A stretch of DNA of 35,763 nt. It comes from Candidatus Woesebacteria bacterium (GTDB lineage: Bacteria; Patescibacteriota; Microgenomatia; UBA8517). A model generated the notes under the pieces. The model ran no database searches. It worked only from the letters and a program-made list of their open reading frames with translations, and was not told the origin of the DNA. Where the stretch lies: NCBI GenBank assembly GCA_003484955.1, contig DMZH01000003.1:1-35763 (forward strand), in the 5' to 3' direction. Shown piece by piece: positions 9,673 through 19,555 of this stretch; position 1 is the stretch's first letter, and every line of letters begins with the position of its first letter. The position numbers and the translations under genes are program-made.

Positions 9673-10470
9673 ATGCGATGCTACGAATTGTTTATAGACG
9701 AACTTGGTCAATCAAACCCAACAAGTAAACAGTCGGACGTTTACGTTTTATCGGGGTGTGCGATTGAAGACGATAAAAGAAATGAATTAAAAATATTTGC
9801 CGATCAAATAAAATTTAAATATTGGGGAAATACAAACATCGTCTTCCACTCAAGAGAAATTGCTAGAAATGAAGGATCATTCTCAATTTTCTCCCGGAAT
9901 CTCTCAAGACGTAGAGAGTTCTTTGAGGATCTATATAAGTTCTTAAATCTAGCAAATATAATTCTTTTTGTTGTCGTATGTGACAACAAACAGGCAATAA
10001 AAAATGGTTGGAATTCTGTAAAGGTTATCAAAGAAACTGGTAATTTAATTTTTCTGCAATTTACAACATGGCTTTTAGGTTTAGCTTCCGCAAAAGGAAA
10101 AGTTAATATTGAATCGGCTACGGCAGAGAAAGACAGATATTATCTAAATACGTTCTCGTACTTTTTGGCACCGCAAAATAAAGATCTTAATGTTGATTAC
10201 AAAATTATTCAAAACATACTAACTTCCATATCTTTCGTAACAAAGAGGAACCACGACATTGAGGAGCAAATCGCAGATTTGATGGCGTATGCCGCAAAGT
10301 GTAAATATTTAAGAGTGACCAAAAGAAAAACTTTTAAAGTTGGCTCGTATGAGGATAAAATAATCAGGCTTTTGGAGACAAAATTATGGCGTTTACCCAA
10401 GCTGGCAGGGGAGAAAAAGATGAAATTTTATAAAAACATTGAATCGTTCTGCGTAATTCCAAAACAATAA
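9673..10470 (+). CDS. DUF3800-like protein (function unknown)
   Basis: The N-terminal YELFIDELGQ resembles the yiDEsG motif I associate with DUF3800. An extended -10 box (TGTTAATAT, 9658-9666) ends 6 nt before the ATG. Confidence 0.5.
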   Translation: MRCYELFIDELGQSNPTSKQSDVYVLSGCAIEDDKRNELKIFADQIKFKYWGNTNIVFHSREIARNEGSFSIFSRNLSRRREFFEDLYKFLNLANIILFVVVCDNKQAIKNGWNSVKVIKETGNLIFLQFTTWLLGLASAKGKVNIESATAEKDRYYLNTFSYFLAPQNKDLNVDYKIIQNILTSISFVTKRNHDIEEQIADLMAYAAKCKYLRVTKRKTFKVGSYEDKIIRLLETKLWRLPKLAGEKKMKFYKNIESFCVIPKQ

Positions 10471-10591
10471 AAAAACGAGCTCGAGCCGTTACCGGTCTCT
10501 CCCTCGTCTTTTGTAAACATATTTTAACACGACACCTTTTTTTGTCAAGAAAAAAACGAAGCCGCCCATGCTTTTTTATGTTAATTCATCA

Positions 10592-10621
10592 TTGACAGGG
10601 CCTAAGAAATTAAAGTATATT
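10592..10621 (+). promoter_or_regulatory. Sigma70-like promoter: TTGACA, 18-nt spacer, TATATT
   Basis: TTGACA at 10592-10597 and TATATT at 10616-10621. The ATG at 10632 is 10 nt downstream. The TTG at 10620 used by the ORF track lies inside the -10 box. Confidence 0.45.
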
Positions 10622-10631
10622 GCCCATTAGC

Positions 10632-11873
10632 ATGTCTGCTGAAACTGACAAATTTCAGTCCCGGTCTTCAGAATCCATATTCTTCAAAGTAGCAGACCTC
10701 GCAGCAACAGTTACCGAAAATATAGACAGGCATATTGATATTGAAAGAGGCAAATTCGAATACGTAAACCTTAGTAGGTTTACACATTTCAGGGAAACCG
10801 GTAAGGCCGAAGGAAATCTACTCAAAATTCAGCTTAATTTGCCCCATTTTGAAGAGTTCACGGGTGTTGCCAAACCCAAGATATTTGTCATTGGAACACC
10901 GGAGAATGAAGCAGTATCTTTAGGGAGACTGGCACTCGATGATAATGATGAACTGTCTTTTCAGCTCTCCAGATTCCACTACGGACACGCCGCCCTGGAG
11001 GATATGTCTATTGGTATGAATCAGGCCCTGTATGTGGGAGAGATTGGGGATTTGTTTACACTGAATAATCCCGAGAAAGATTCTTTCATTATTCACATCA
11101 CAAGGGAAGGCCCCATGATAAGGTTCGAGTCTTCCTTATACAATTTTTTAAGAAAAGATATTCCGTATACTTCCGCGCACAGTAAACACGTCAAGGTGGA
11201 AGACCCCGGCAATAAGTTCGGCAGGATTGCCGACGTTTGTGATATTAACTTTGAAGGATTAATTCCTTCTGAAGCAAGGCTCATCACAATTTGCGACAAT
11301 ACAGCCTCCGGAATGCAGCACGTTGCGGTACTGGACAAAACAATAGAATACATAGAGAAAAACAACGGGAAACACGACATCAAAACATTACTTATAATTT
11401 CTCCGCTTTTAACGGCATATGGGGCAACGACTATTTCCTACGCCGCCGCTTCTTACGGGATCAGGACTGTTTTTGCCTGCTCGGGGCACCTTTTGGGTTG
11501 TATCGGGCCGGAAAGATATTATTCGCCAATACTTAACAATGAAAACCTATCGGCCAGTCCACAGCTTTTAAATGTCAATAGTTTCATACACCACGGACAT
11601 ACCGAAGAGAGGTGTGCGAGAGGAAACTGGACATCCACATTTAGCGCAAAGGATTACGCTTTACTGACATCCGATGATGAACTCGGGAGGTTGGGTACTT
11701 CGAATGCCGAGCTTATAGCCCAAGGAAGCCGGATCGGTCCAAGCGCTTTAAAAGATATGAATATTAATCCTTTTGATTTGATTCCTTATTCAACCCTCGA
11801 TGAAGCGCGGGAGCGGGGTATCCTTAAATCTCTATCCCACAAAGTAGCCACAGACTTTTGGGCTATCCTGTAG
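10632..11873 (+). CDS. Hypothetical protein with a C-terminal phosphoribosyltransferase (UPRT-like) fold signature
   Basis: RLITICDNTASGMQHV resembles a PRPP-binding loop (hydrophobic strand, acidic residue, TxSG). IISPLLTAYGATTIS and ACSGHLLGC..PERYYSPIL follow in UPRT-like order. I do not recognise the ~200-aa N-terminal region. Confidence 0.35.
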   Translation: MSAETDKFQSRSSESIFFKVADLAATVTENIDRHIDIERGKFEYVNLSRFTHFRETGKAEGNLLKIQLNLPHFEEFTGVAKPKIFVIGTPENEAVSLGRLALDDNDELSFQLSRFHYGHAALEDMSIGMNQALYVGEIGDLFTLNNPEKDSFIIHITREGPMIRFESSLYNFLRKDIPYTSAHSKHVKVEDPGNKFGRIADVCDINFEGLIPSEARLITICDNTASGMQHVAVLDKTIEYIEKNNGKHDIKTLLIISPLLTAYGATTISYAAASYGIRTVFACSGHLLGCIGPERYYSPILNNENLSASPQLLNVNSFIHHGHTEERCARGNWTSTFSAKDYALLTSDDELGRLGTSNAELIAQGSRIGPSALKDMNINPFDLIPYSTLDEARERGILKSLSHKVATDFWAIL

Positions 11874-11895
11874 TATTTGAATTTTCCTTGTTTTT

Positions 11896-11904
11896 TGGTA
11901 TAAT
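11896..11904 (+). promoter_or_regulatory. Extended -10 promoter element TGGTATAAT
   Basis: Read directly. The predicted TSS is near 11911. The 5' UTR carries AAGGAG 7 nt before the ATG at 11953. Confidence 0.45.
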
Positions 11905-11910
11905 AATGGC

Positions 11911-11928
11911 CTGAGAAGCTGGCTAGCT
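11911..11928 (+). repeat. Left arm of an 18-nt imperfect inverted repeat bracketing the 11953-12447 gene
   Basis: The reverse complement of ctgagaagctggctagct matches 12497-12514 at 16/18 positions. The core gagaagctggct / agccagcttctc is a perfect 12-mer. Confidence 0.85.
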
Positions 11929-11952
11929 ATTTAACAAACAAGGAGATAGGTC

Positions 11953-12447
11953 ATGAAAAAGGTTTTTGTTCTGATTCTGGTAATTGCTTTACTCGCCCCG
12001 GCAACAACTGCGTTCGCTGGTGGATTTGACGAGTACGGTTACAACGATGTCGCCAATATTTTCAATGGAACCGGTGCAAGTTGGAGTCTTGCAAAAGGTC
12101 TTCCTGCTGATTATTTGGGGATCTACTCCAATGACAAACTTGTCATGAAGTGGAATTCCGAATGGGTCAGGGGCAACACTGAAGGTTGGTCAAAACCACC
12201 TTACGCGGCCTGGGAAAACAATGAATGGAATGGCGCATTTCCCGGTGGATCGGGTGCGGTTTGGCACTACAAAATTGTCTGGGTAGGCAACTACGCAGCC
12301 GATTTAAGTTTGATTCCCGACGGGGCCTACGGTATTTGGGGACAATTTGCGGTGATCATGGATCAAGGCATTGATCCCAGTTTCGGACCAGGACATTTAT
12401 GGTTCGCTCACGCCAACCCCGCAGGTTACGGCAGTTACGGCAACTGA
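11953..12447 (+). CDS. Small secreted W/G/Y-rich protein, function unknown
   Basis: AAGGAG SD. Signal peptide MKKVFVLILVIALLAPATTAFA. Confidence 0.8.
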   Translation: MKKVFVLILVIALLAPATTAFAGGFDEYGYNDVANIFNGTGASWSLAKGLPADYLGIYSNDKLVMKWNSEWVRGNTEGWSKPPYAAWENNEWNGAFPGGSGAVWHYKIVWVGNYAADLSLIPDGAYGIWGQFAVIMDQGIDPSFGPGHLWFAHANPAGYGSYGN

Positions 12448-12496
12448 TCAAGTTTTACAAAACAGAGATTTGAAGGCCTAAAAACCATCAAATTAA

Positions 12497-12514
12497 AGCC
12501 AGCCAGCTTCTCTG
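12497..12514 (+). repeat. Right arm of the inverted repeat, followed by a T5 run
   Basis: agccagccagcttctctg is followed by ttttt at 12515-12519. Confidence 0.85.
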
Positions 12515-12567
12515 TTTTTCCTTCAAGTACTCCTTGTTATTTACCCCTGGTTGCACTAGAATGATTT

Positions 12568-12595
12568 GAGGCTGAATTAGCCTCGATTATTTTTT
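12568..12595 (+). terminator. Hairpin plus T6 immediately upstream of gyrA; terminator or attenuator-like
   Basis: gaggct-gaatt-agcctc at 12568-12584, then gatta and tttttt at 12590-12595. Confidence 0.4.
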
Positions 12596-12601
12596 GCCAA
12601 A

Positions 12602-15600
12602 ATGAGCACAGAAATCGGTAAAGTACTGCCTACAGAGATTACTACAGAACTATCTTCTTCATATCTTGATTACGCAATGAGTGTTATAGTTGCCCGCGCC
12701 CTTCCGGACGTCAGAGACGGCATGAAGCCGGTCCACAGACGCATTCTCTATGCAATGCACTTGATGGGGCTTCACTATTCAACATCCAGTACAACCAAGT
12801 CTGCTAAAGTCGTCGGAGAAGTTCTTGGAAAGTATCATCCGCATGGAGACATGGCGGTTTATGATGCCATGGTCAGGTTGGCACAAACTTTTTCAATGCG
12901 CTACCCATTGGTTCACGGACAGGGAAACTTCGGAAGTGTTGACGGAGACCCACCTGCAGCCATGCGGTATTGCGTTACCGGCAGTTCGCTAATTGTTACC
13001 GATGGCGGACTTGAAAGGATCAGAGATATAGGCAGAAGAAAAAATGTAAGAATTCTCTCCTTTAATGACACGGAAAAAGATGCTCCAAAATGGTTTGATT
13101 CGGGAGTCCATCCCACAATAAAAATTGAGACTTTTAGAGGCTTTACTCTTCAGGGTTCGGTTAATCACCCTGTATTGACTTGGGGTGTTGATGAAAAAGG
13201 GAAACCATCTCTTGCATGGAAGATGTTGGGTGGAATTAAAAATGGGGAATATGCAGTAATAAACAGATCGGACAAACTATTCCCAAGTGATCCCTCTCTT
13301 ACCAATTTTTACCCCAAGCTAAAAGATAAAAGAACAGATGAACACAATCTTCCCGAAAAGATGACTCCCAATTTGGCATTTATTTTAGGGTCGTTGGTTG
13401 CCGAGGGCAATGTCTCAAGCAAACAGATAGGCTTCTCAAACAACAACAGTGAATATCTCAATGCTTTTAAAACGGCTTTTACTAAGGTTTTTCCTGATTG
13501 CAGGTTGCATGAGTATAAAAGATTGCCGGTCGGTTTTACTAAAAAGTCCTATACATCTCTTGAAATACATTCGCTTCAGATTATTAAATTTTTAGAAAAT
13601 ATCGGACTGGTTAAGGCGAGGGCTGGCGGTAAAACAGTTCCAAAAATAATGTTTTTGTCATCCAGAGAGAGCCTGTCCGCTTTCCTGAAAGGGTACGCCG
13701 AAGGCGACGGAAGTGTTTATTTATCGGGGGCACCGGAAGTTTGTTTTATCTCCAAGAGTAAAGAACTACTGTCGGAGTTGCAACTTATTTTACTCAGGTT
13801 TGGGATTGAATCTTCAAACAGATATCAGCCGTCAAAAGATATTCATAAATTATTATTCGGAGGCAGGAATAATTTGGATTTGTTTAAAGAAAAAATCGGG
13901 TTTGTTTCCGAAAGAAAAAATAAAAAATTAGAGAAGGTTTCAAAAATGAATTCTGATGATTGGGTGATGAGCAAAACCGATTTTATTCCTTTTATCTCCG
14001 ATTACATTAGGGGCTCCGCCGACTATACGAAAAACATTGGCTGGCTTAAAAAGCATAATTTTGACAGATATCCAAAACTTAAAAAATTGTGGCCCGAACT
14101 AAAAAAGATTTTAAGTAAAAGGGATGGGTCTGTCTTTGAGGAAATAATCAAAAACGGATTTCTGTTTGACAAAATAGTAAAAGTCGAAAATTCAACTAAG
14201 GAGAGAGTTTATTCGATCGGTGTTAATAGCCCTGACCATTCGTTTATTTCGAATGGCTTTATCAGTCACAACACGGAGGTTAAACTAGCTAAGGCTGCCG
14301 ATTCAGTACTGACCGATATTGAGAAAGAAACGGTCGACTTTATAGATACTTTTGACGCCACCCTCAAAGAACCGGTTTATTTGCCGGCGCTTCTTCCCAA
14401 TTTACTTTTAATGGGGTCTGAGGGAATTGCCGTCGGAATGGCCACTAAAATTCCACCTCATAATTTAAACGAGGTGGTTGATGCGGTCATCGCAACTATA
14501 AAAGCGGGGCGCGTTATTAAAATTCAGACCGAAGAGGAGAAAGAAGCAAAAACACATGAGGATCATACCGATTTTATTATCAAAAAAATTAATCTTGTTG
14601 CCTCGGGAGAGGAGAAAGCTCTAACACAGGAAGAGGTCAACCCCAGCCAAATCGGCTTTGAAAGCGACACGACGATTGATGAGCTTATTAAATATATTCC
14701 GGGCCCGGATTTTCCCACAGGGGGCGCAATTTATGACGCGGCGTCCCTTTCCGAAGTCTACTCGACAGGGCGGGGGAGAATAGTTGTCAGAGGGATTGCC
14801 GAGATTACGGAAGGTGCTAAGGGAAGACCGCAAATTGTCATAACAGAGCTTCCTTATCAGGTCAATAAGGCCGAACTTGTAGCCAAAATAGCAGAACTTG
14901 TCAGAGATAAAAAACTGGTCGGCATCGCTGACCTTCGGGATGAATCCGATAAAGACGGAATGCGCGTGGTGGTCGACCTGAAGCGTGACTCCAAACCCAA
15001 AGCTGTCCTTAACAATCTTTTCAAACATACAAGACTCCAGAGCAGCTTCCCCGCAAATTTTGTTGCTTTGGTTGACGGAACTCCGCACACTCTTAACCTC
15101 AAGCAAATTCTGGTTGAGTATGTAAAACACAGACAAAAAGTTGTCACAAGACGTACTATTTTTGACCTTACAGAGGCCAAAAAACGCGCTCATATTTTGG
15201 AGGGTCTAAAGATTGCTCTTGATAATCTTGATGCCGTCATTAAAACAATCAGGGAAAGCAAAACCCAGGAAGATGCCAAGGTAAATCTTATCAGTAGGTT
15301 TAAACTAAGCGATATACAGGCAACTGCGATTTTAGATATGCAGCTCAGGCGCCTTGCCGCACTTGAGCGCGAAAAGATCGAAAAGGAATACGCGGAAATC
15401 AAAAAATTGATCGATGAACTTACCGCCATCTTGAAAGATCCTGGGAAAGTTCTGGAGATTATTACTAAAGAACTGGGAGAGCTTAGAGAAAAATACGGAG
15501 ACGCCAGACGTACCAAAATTTATAAACATGCAGTAGGGGAGTTTAGCGAAGAGGATTTAGTTGCCAAAGAAGAAACACTTATCACGGTTACCAAGACCGG

Positions 15601-16558
15601 ATACGTTAAAAGGCTTTCGGCAGGGGCTTACAGGGCCCAGCGGCGCGGTGGAAAAGGAGTAATCGGAATGACAACCAAAGAGGAGGACGAAATTGAGCAT
15701 TTGGTAGATGCTACAACCCATGACACAATATTGTTTTTCACCAATAAAGGCCGTGTTTTCGGTATAAAAGCCTGGGAAATTCCGGAAAGCTCCCGTCAGG
15801 CAAAAGGACAAGCACTGGTAAACCTTTTGAATCTTGAGCAGGGGGAGGAAATAAGATCCATTCTTCCGATGGCTAAAGATTCAGAAATAAAGAATTTGAT
15901 AATGGCTACAAAAACGGGGCTTATTAAAAAGACTAAAATATCCGAGTTTGAAAACTTAAGAGCTTCGGGGCTCATTGCCATAAAACTCAGGAACGAAGAC
16001 CAATTGGTTTCCGTTCACCCAACAACGGGGGAGGATCATATTATTCTTTTGACAAAAGGCGCAAAGTCGATTAAATTCCCGGAGGCAAATGTCAGACCGA
16101 TGGGTAGGGCAACTACGGGAGTTACGGGCATCAGACTCGATAAGGAGGATGAACTCATTGGTATGGAAGTTTTCCCTGCTAAAGAAACTATTCCTGCAGA
16201 CAAAAGAAAGAAATTTTTCAGGGACATTTTGACAATTGCCGAAAAAGGTCTTGGTAAACGCACTCCGGTTCATCTTTTCCCCGTACAAAAAAGGGCAGGT
16301 AAAGGAGTTAAAGCAGCCGTAGTTACGGATAAAACAGGATCTCTTAAAACCGCAATTATGGTTACGCAAAACATTGACCAGGTTGTTATAACGAGCAGAA
16401 TGGGGCAGGTAATCAAGCTTCCTCTTAAGAATATTCCGCAACTCGGTCGCGCTACACAGGGCGTTATCTTAATGCGCTTTGCAGACAAGGCAGACTCAGT
16501 TGCCGCCGCAGCGGTTTTGGAAAAAGGTGGCGTAGATGAAGAAGAAAGTATAGAATAA
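12602..16558 (+). CDS. gyrA: DNA gyrase subunit A, intein-containing precursor (884-aa extein plus 434-aa intein)
   Basis: Canonical N-terminus [17 protein letters not shown], then GKYHPHGD and QGNFGS.DGD.PAAMRY. After the insert it continues TEVKLAKAA and [10 protein letters not shown], and ends with C-terminal beta-pinwheel repeats (GRATQGV, GRATTGV). Confidence 0.97.
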   Translation: MSTEIGKVLPTEITTELSSSYLDYAMSVIVARALPDVRDGMKPVHRRILYAMHLMGLHYSTSSTTKSAKVVGEVLGKYHPHGDMAVYDAMVRLAQTFSMRYPLVHGQGNFGSVDGDPPAAMRYCVTGSSLIVTDGGLERIRDIGRRKNVRILSFNDTEKDAPKWFDSGVHPTIKIETFRGFTLQGSVNHPVLTWGVDEKGKPSLAWKMLGGIKNGEYAVINRSDKLFPSDPSLTNFYPKLKDKRTDEHNLPEKMTPNLAFILGSLVAEGNVSSKQIGFSNNNSEYLNAFKTAFTKVFPDCRLHEYKRLPVGFTKKSYTSLEIHSLQIIKFLENIGLVKARAGGKTVPKIMFLSSRESLSAFLKGYAEGDGSVYLSGAPEVCFISKSKELLSELQLILLRFGIESSNRYQPSKDIHKLLFGGRNNLDLFKEKIGFVSERKNKKLEKVSKMNSDDWVMSKTDFIPFISDYIRGSADYTKNIGWLKKHNFDRYPKLKKLWPELKKILSKRDGSVFEEIIKNGFLFDKIVKVENSTKERVYSIGVNSPDHSFISNGFISHNTEVKLAKAADSVLTDIEKETVDFIDTFDATLKEPVYLPALLPNLLLMGSEGIAVGMATKIPPHNLNEVVDAVIATIKAGRVIKIQTEEEKEAKTHEDHTDFIIKKINLVASGEEKALTQEEVNPSQIGFESDTTIDELIKYIPGPDFPTGGAIYDAASLSEVYSTGRGRIVVRGIAEITEGAKGRPQIVITELPYQVNKAELVAKIAELVRDKKLVGIADLRDESDKDGMRVVVDLKRDSKPKAVLNNLFKHTRLQSSFPANFVALVDGTPHTLNLKQILVEYVKHRQKVVTRRTIFDLTEAKKRAHILEGLKIALDNLDAVIKTIRESKTQEDAKVNLISRFKLSDIQATAILDMQLRRLAALEREKIEKEYAEIKKLIDELTAILKDPGKVLEIITKELGELREKYGDARRTKIYKHAVGEFSEEDLVAKEETLITVTKTGYVKRLSAGAYRAQRRGGKGVIGMTTKEEDEIEHLVDATTHDTILFFTNKGRVFGIKAWEIPESSRQAKGQALVNLLNLEQGEEIRSILPMAKDSEIKNLIMATKTGLIKKTKISEFENLRASGLIAIKLRNEDQLVSVHPTTGEDHIILLTKGAKSIKFPEANVRPMGRATTGVTGIRLDKEDELIGMEVFPAKETIPADKRKKFFRDILTIAEKGLGKRTPVHLFPVQKRAGKGVKAAVVTDKTGSLKTAIMVTQNIDQVVITSRMGQVIKLPLKNIPQLGRATQGVILMRFADKADSVAAAAVLEKGGVDEEESIE
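12971..14272 (+). mobile_element. GyrA intein (434 aa) carrying a LAGLIDADG homing-endonuclease domain
   Basis: It starts with Cys (TGC 12971) directly after the active-site AAMRY, and ends ..FISHN (AAC 14270-14272) followed by Thr. Removing it restores AAMRY|TEVKL. Block A is CVTGSSLIV, block B-like is GSVNHPVLT, and block F/G is [22 protein letters not shown]. The two LAGLIDADG motifs are [14 protein letters not shown] and [16 protein letters not shown]. Confidence 0.9.
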
Positions 16559-16565
16559 ATTTATT

Positions 16566-17309
16566 ATGCCGAAAGTCGGAGGAAAAGTTACCGCAGTAGT
16601 TGCCTTCTTTATTCTTCTTTTTGTCTTTGCCAAATGGGGACCTGCAATAAACTTTAATACAACTTCTCAAACCAAGGGTGAGCCGTTTGTGGTTTCCGGA
16701 GAGGGTAAGGTATATGTTACCCCCGATATCGCCAAAATTACCGTGGGTATTCAGGAATCAGGGGCTTCCCTCAAGATAGTACAGGATTCTGTAAACAAAA
16801 AATCAAAAGCGCTAACCGATGCCATACAAAACATGGGGGTTGCCAAGGAAGACATTAAAACAACTTCCTACAATCTTTATCCCCAGTATGATTACCAAAG
16901 CTCAGTAGGGAGAATTACCGGCTACCAAGTTTCAACAAGCTACGAAATCACCATCCGGGATTTTGACAAAGTTAACGATATAATCGTTAGTGCAACTACG
17001 GTTGGAGTTAATATGGAAGGTGGAATCAGTTTTGAATTGAATGATGCGACCAAAAAAGAGAAACTTCAGGAAGCCAGGGTGATGGCGGTTGCCGAAGCTA
17101 AAAGCAAAGCTCAGGGCCTGGCTTCTGCCGCCGGAATAACTCTTGGAAAAGTAATTAACATTTCTGAAAGCCAGGGTTCAAATGAAATAAGACCGCTCCC
17201 GGCCATGGGTGGAGGGGTTACCCTCGATAAAGTAATGATTGAGCCAAGTATTCAGGCAGGACAAACCGAAATTAATGTTACGGTAAGCCTTTCATACGAA
17301 GTGCGATAG
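16566..17309 (+). CDS. SIMPL / DUF541 family protein with N-terminal anchor
   Basis: N-terminal TM VTAVVAFFILLFVFA. Typical segments include GYQVSTSYEITIRDFDKV and the C-terminal INVTVSLSYEV. Confidence 0.8.
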   Translation: MPKVGGKVTAVVAFFILLFVFAKWGPAINFNTTSQTKGEPFVVSGEGKVYVTPDIAKITVGIQESGASLKIVQDSVNKKSKALTDAIQNMGVAKEDIKTTSYNLYPQYDYQSSVGRITGYQVSTSYEITIRDFDKVNDIIVSATTVGVNMEGGISFELNDATKKEKLQEARVMAVAEAKSKAQGLASAAGITLGKVINISESQGSNEIRPLPAMGGGVTLDKVMIEPSIQAGQTEINVTVSLSYEVR

Positions 17310-17325
17310 CAATTCGCACCAACAA

Positions 17326-17838
17326 CTACCCCAGAAGAAACTTGTTAAATTCACTTTGATAAAAATATTCGTGATCGGCACGCGGTTTTGAAACAATATT
17401 AGTGTCTGTCCCAACTCCCGAAAGAAAACCTTTCAGCGTGTCAAAGCCCCCATGCGGATCCTCGTCGTTTTGGAAACAAATTAAATTTTCAGGTTGGATA
17501 TTCTTAATAGCTGCCTTGATAGTTTCCTTGCTACTTTCCATCAGATCATTAAGGGGGATTCCGCAAAGAATAACTTTTCTGATTTTTTCCGGACTTCTTT
17601 GTATCAAATGACAGGCAACCAATGTGCCTATCGACTTGGCAACAATATTGACAACTCTTTTTCCGGATATTCCATCAAGAAGTTTTGCTTTCTCAAGAGG
17701 ATCAAACTTAACACCGGGATCACTCCAATGTCCCCAATAAATCGGCCTAATCTCGCCCTCTGTTTTTATGTTTCCCGTTGTTTCTTCCAGCCATTCTTTA
17801 TTGTGAGCCGAATATCCCGGAATAACTATAGTGACCAT
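17326..17838 (-). CDS. Small alpha/beta-fold serine hydrolase (170 aa)
   Basis: Nucleophile elbow AKSIG, acidic QNDEDPHG and His in RADHEY occur in triad order. Confidence 0.6.
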   Translation of the reverse strand: MVTIVIPGYSAHNKEWLEETTGNIKTEGEIRPIYWGHWSDPGVKFDPLEKAKLLDGISGKRVVNIVAKSIGTLVACHLIQRSPEKIRKVILCGIPLNDLMESSKETIKAAIKNIQPENLICFQNDEDPHGGFDTLKGFLSGVGTDTNIVSKPRADHEYFYQSEFNKFLLG

Positions 17839-17906
17839 AAATCCATTATATCAAAATATACTCGATGAAACTTTTTAAGAGGGCTGATAATTAATTTTTC
17901 GGATAC

Positions 17907-18134
17907 TTACTTCCTAAGCACTTTCCGTAAAAGGATTTCGGAAGATGCTTGCAACTTAACCGATTTGGCTTTGTCGGGACACCCACTAGACCTATACCTG
18001 GCAATATCCAGAATAAGGGATCCATCATCAAGTCTCCCGGGATCACAATAATATTCACCCTCTGCATAAATTCTGGCAGGACATGTAAAGCAAGCTGGGG
18101 GAAAAGAATGATCATGGTAACCTAACCGCTCCAC
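17907..18134 (-). CDS. Possible small Cys-containing protein (75 aa); weak call
   Basis: The GTG start overlaps the upstream recombinase stop by 1 nt. The composition looks soluble (CFTCPARIYAEGEYYCDPG). A competing ORF at 17891-18115 in another frame looks less protein-like. Confidence 0.3.
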   Translation of the reverse strand: MERLGYHDHSFPPACFTCPARIYAEGEYYCDPGRLDDGSLILDIARYRSSGCPDKAKSVKLQASSEILLRKVLRK

Positions 18135-19057
18135 TAATCCTTTCCTCCCTTTCCATGGAAAGTTTCGTTTATATTTCTAGGTTGTTTATTTGTTACATGG
18201 GTATAGATTTGTGTTGTAGAAATATTCTTGTGTCCCAGCATTTTCTGGACACTTCTGGTGTCCGCCCCAGCCATAAGAAGATCTACGGCAAACGAAGAGC
18301 GAAGTGTTTTTGGTGTTACCTCAGATTTAATCGCGGCTTTCTTCTTATACTTCAAAATGGCTCTTTGTATAGACCTAACGGTGAGCCTCGTATTACCGTT
18401 AGTACTACCTTTATGATGAATAAACAACGGTTTTCCGCCATCTTTTCTTGATTTTAAATAGTTTTCTATCCACCCTAAAGCTCTAAGAGACAAAAAAATG
18501 AATCTTTGTTTTTTACCAGTACTCACAATAATAATTTCTTTCTTTATAAAGTCTATATTATCTCTGTCCAGGTTTGCCAATTCTGAAACCCTAAGTCCGG
18601 TGGAGTAAAGAAGTTCCATTATGGCTTTATCCCTTTTTCCCTGAACGGTTTTCAAATCCGGCGCATTCATGAGTTTTTCAACATCCTCACCGGAAAGAAA
18701 ATCCATTTTTGAGCTTGCCGTCTTTGGTACCAACACTTCCTCTGCATTCAAAGTCTTTACGCCTTTTCTTCTTTCCCATTTCAAAAAACTTCGAAGTGCA
18801 ATCAAATGGAATCCCAGGGTTTTTGTTGAAAGACCCATCTTTGCAAGGTCCTTTTTGTAATCCTCAATAACAGATGCTGATATATCCGAAATTTTCGGTT
18901 TTTGAACTTTTTTGGAAATAAAACCTAAAATTCTTTTTAAATAAAGGGTGTAATTGCGGACAGTGAGAGGGGAGAAGTGGCCTTCAAATTCCAAAAAATC
19001 GAGATACCGATCAATACTTTCAGATAATACCGACTGAATTTGAGCAGCTTCAGCCAT
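18134..19057 (-). CDS. Xer-like tyrosine recombinase with a variant box II (Lys in place of the HxxR His)
   Basis: SAM-like N-domain. Arg lies in GLRVSEL and a beta-hairpin Lys in STGKKQRFIFL. TPKTLRSSFA occupies the place of pHxLRHsfA. LGHKNISTTQIYTHV supplies the His and the nucleophilic Tyr. Confidence 0.85.
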   Translation of the reverse strand: MAEAAQIQSVLSESIDRYLDFLEFEGHFSPLTVRNYTLYLKRILGFISKKVQKPKISDISASVIEDYKKDLAKMGLSTKTLGFHLIALRSFLKWERRKGVKTLNAEEVLVPKTASSKMDFLSGEDVEKLMNAPDLKTVQGKRDKAIMELLYSTGLRVSELANLDRDNIDFIKKEIIIVSTGKKQRFIFLSLRALGWIENYLKSRKDGGKPLFIHHKGSTNGNTRLTVRSIQRAILKYKKKAAIKSEVTPKTLRSSFAVDLLMAGADTRSVQKMLGHKNISTTQIYTHVTNKQPRNINETFHGKGGKD

Positions 19058-19111
19058 ACATTAAATGTATACTTTAGTTGGCATTGTGTCAAGATTGTGC
19101 GACGGAGGATA

Positions 19112-19555
19112 TTATTTCCAATTTTTAAAAACAATTCCATTATTTGTCCCGTACGGCCAAAAATGAACCGTCATTGGATGGTCTTCCCGTAATATATATT
19201 TTAGAAGTAAAAGCATCTTTGTCGGACGAGTCGTTCCTATTTCAAATATTCCGATATCGTCTCCATAAACCAAAGCATCAGCAACTCCAACGGAAATATC
19301 AATCTCCCTATCAAAATCGAGTTTATTTAATTTTGCCCAATCTGACACTTTCTTAACCCCTTCGCTGTGAGACGCAAAATCTTCTCTTTGTTTTATTTCC
19401 AGCTCCAACAAGCCGTGCTGTATTAAATTAAGAATTTCTTTTGCACATAAAACTACATGAACCCTTTCAAGAGCCGGCCTTTCGGAGGTTACATAGGTAC
19501 CCCGGGCGCACGGAAAAACCACACTATTTAGAACAAAGGCTAAATCATATTTCAT
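19112..19555 (-). CDS. Hypothetical 147-aa protein between the two recombinases; possible PD-(D/E)xK-like core
   Basis: 4-nt overlap with the upstream recombinase gene. VGVADALVYGDDIGIFEIGTTRPTK loosely resembles a D...ExK nuclease core, but the Lys is not in the canonical position. Confidence 0.5.
   Translation of the reverse strand: MKYDLAFVLNSVVFPCARGTYVTSERPALERVHVVLCAKEILNLIQHGLLELEIKQREDFASHSEGVKKVSDWAKLNKLDFDREIDISVGVADALVYGDDIGIFEIGTTRPTKMLLLLKYILREDHPMTVHFWPYGTNNGIVFKNWK

Noticed and set aside
9522-9728. A 68-aa ORF bridging the 9163 gene end and the DUF3800-like gene start.
   Set aside because: It runs straight through a strong terminator hairpin and the next gene's promoter.
14621-15193. 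A 190-aa ORF, with several other 60-160-aa ORFs, antisense within gyrA (14.6-16.7 kb).
   Set aside because: They lie entirely inside a confidently identified, motif-rich gene on the other strand, and their translations are low-complexity.
17891-18115. A 74-aa ORF in the alternative frame downstream of the recombinase gene.
   Set aside because: Its hydrophobic, P/L-rich translation looks less protein-like than the overlapping 17907-18134 frame. Both are weak, and only the latter is listed, at low confidence.
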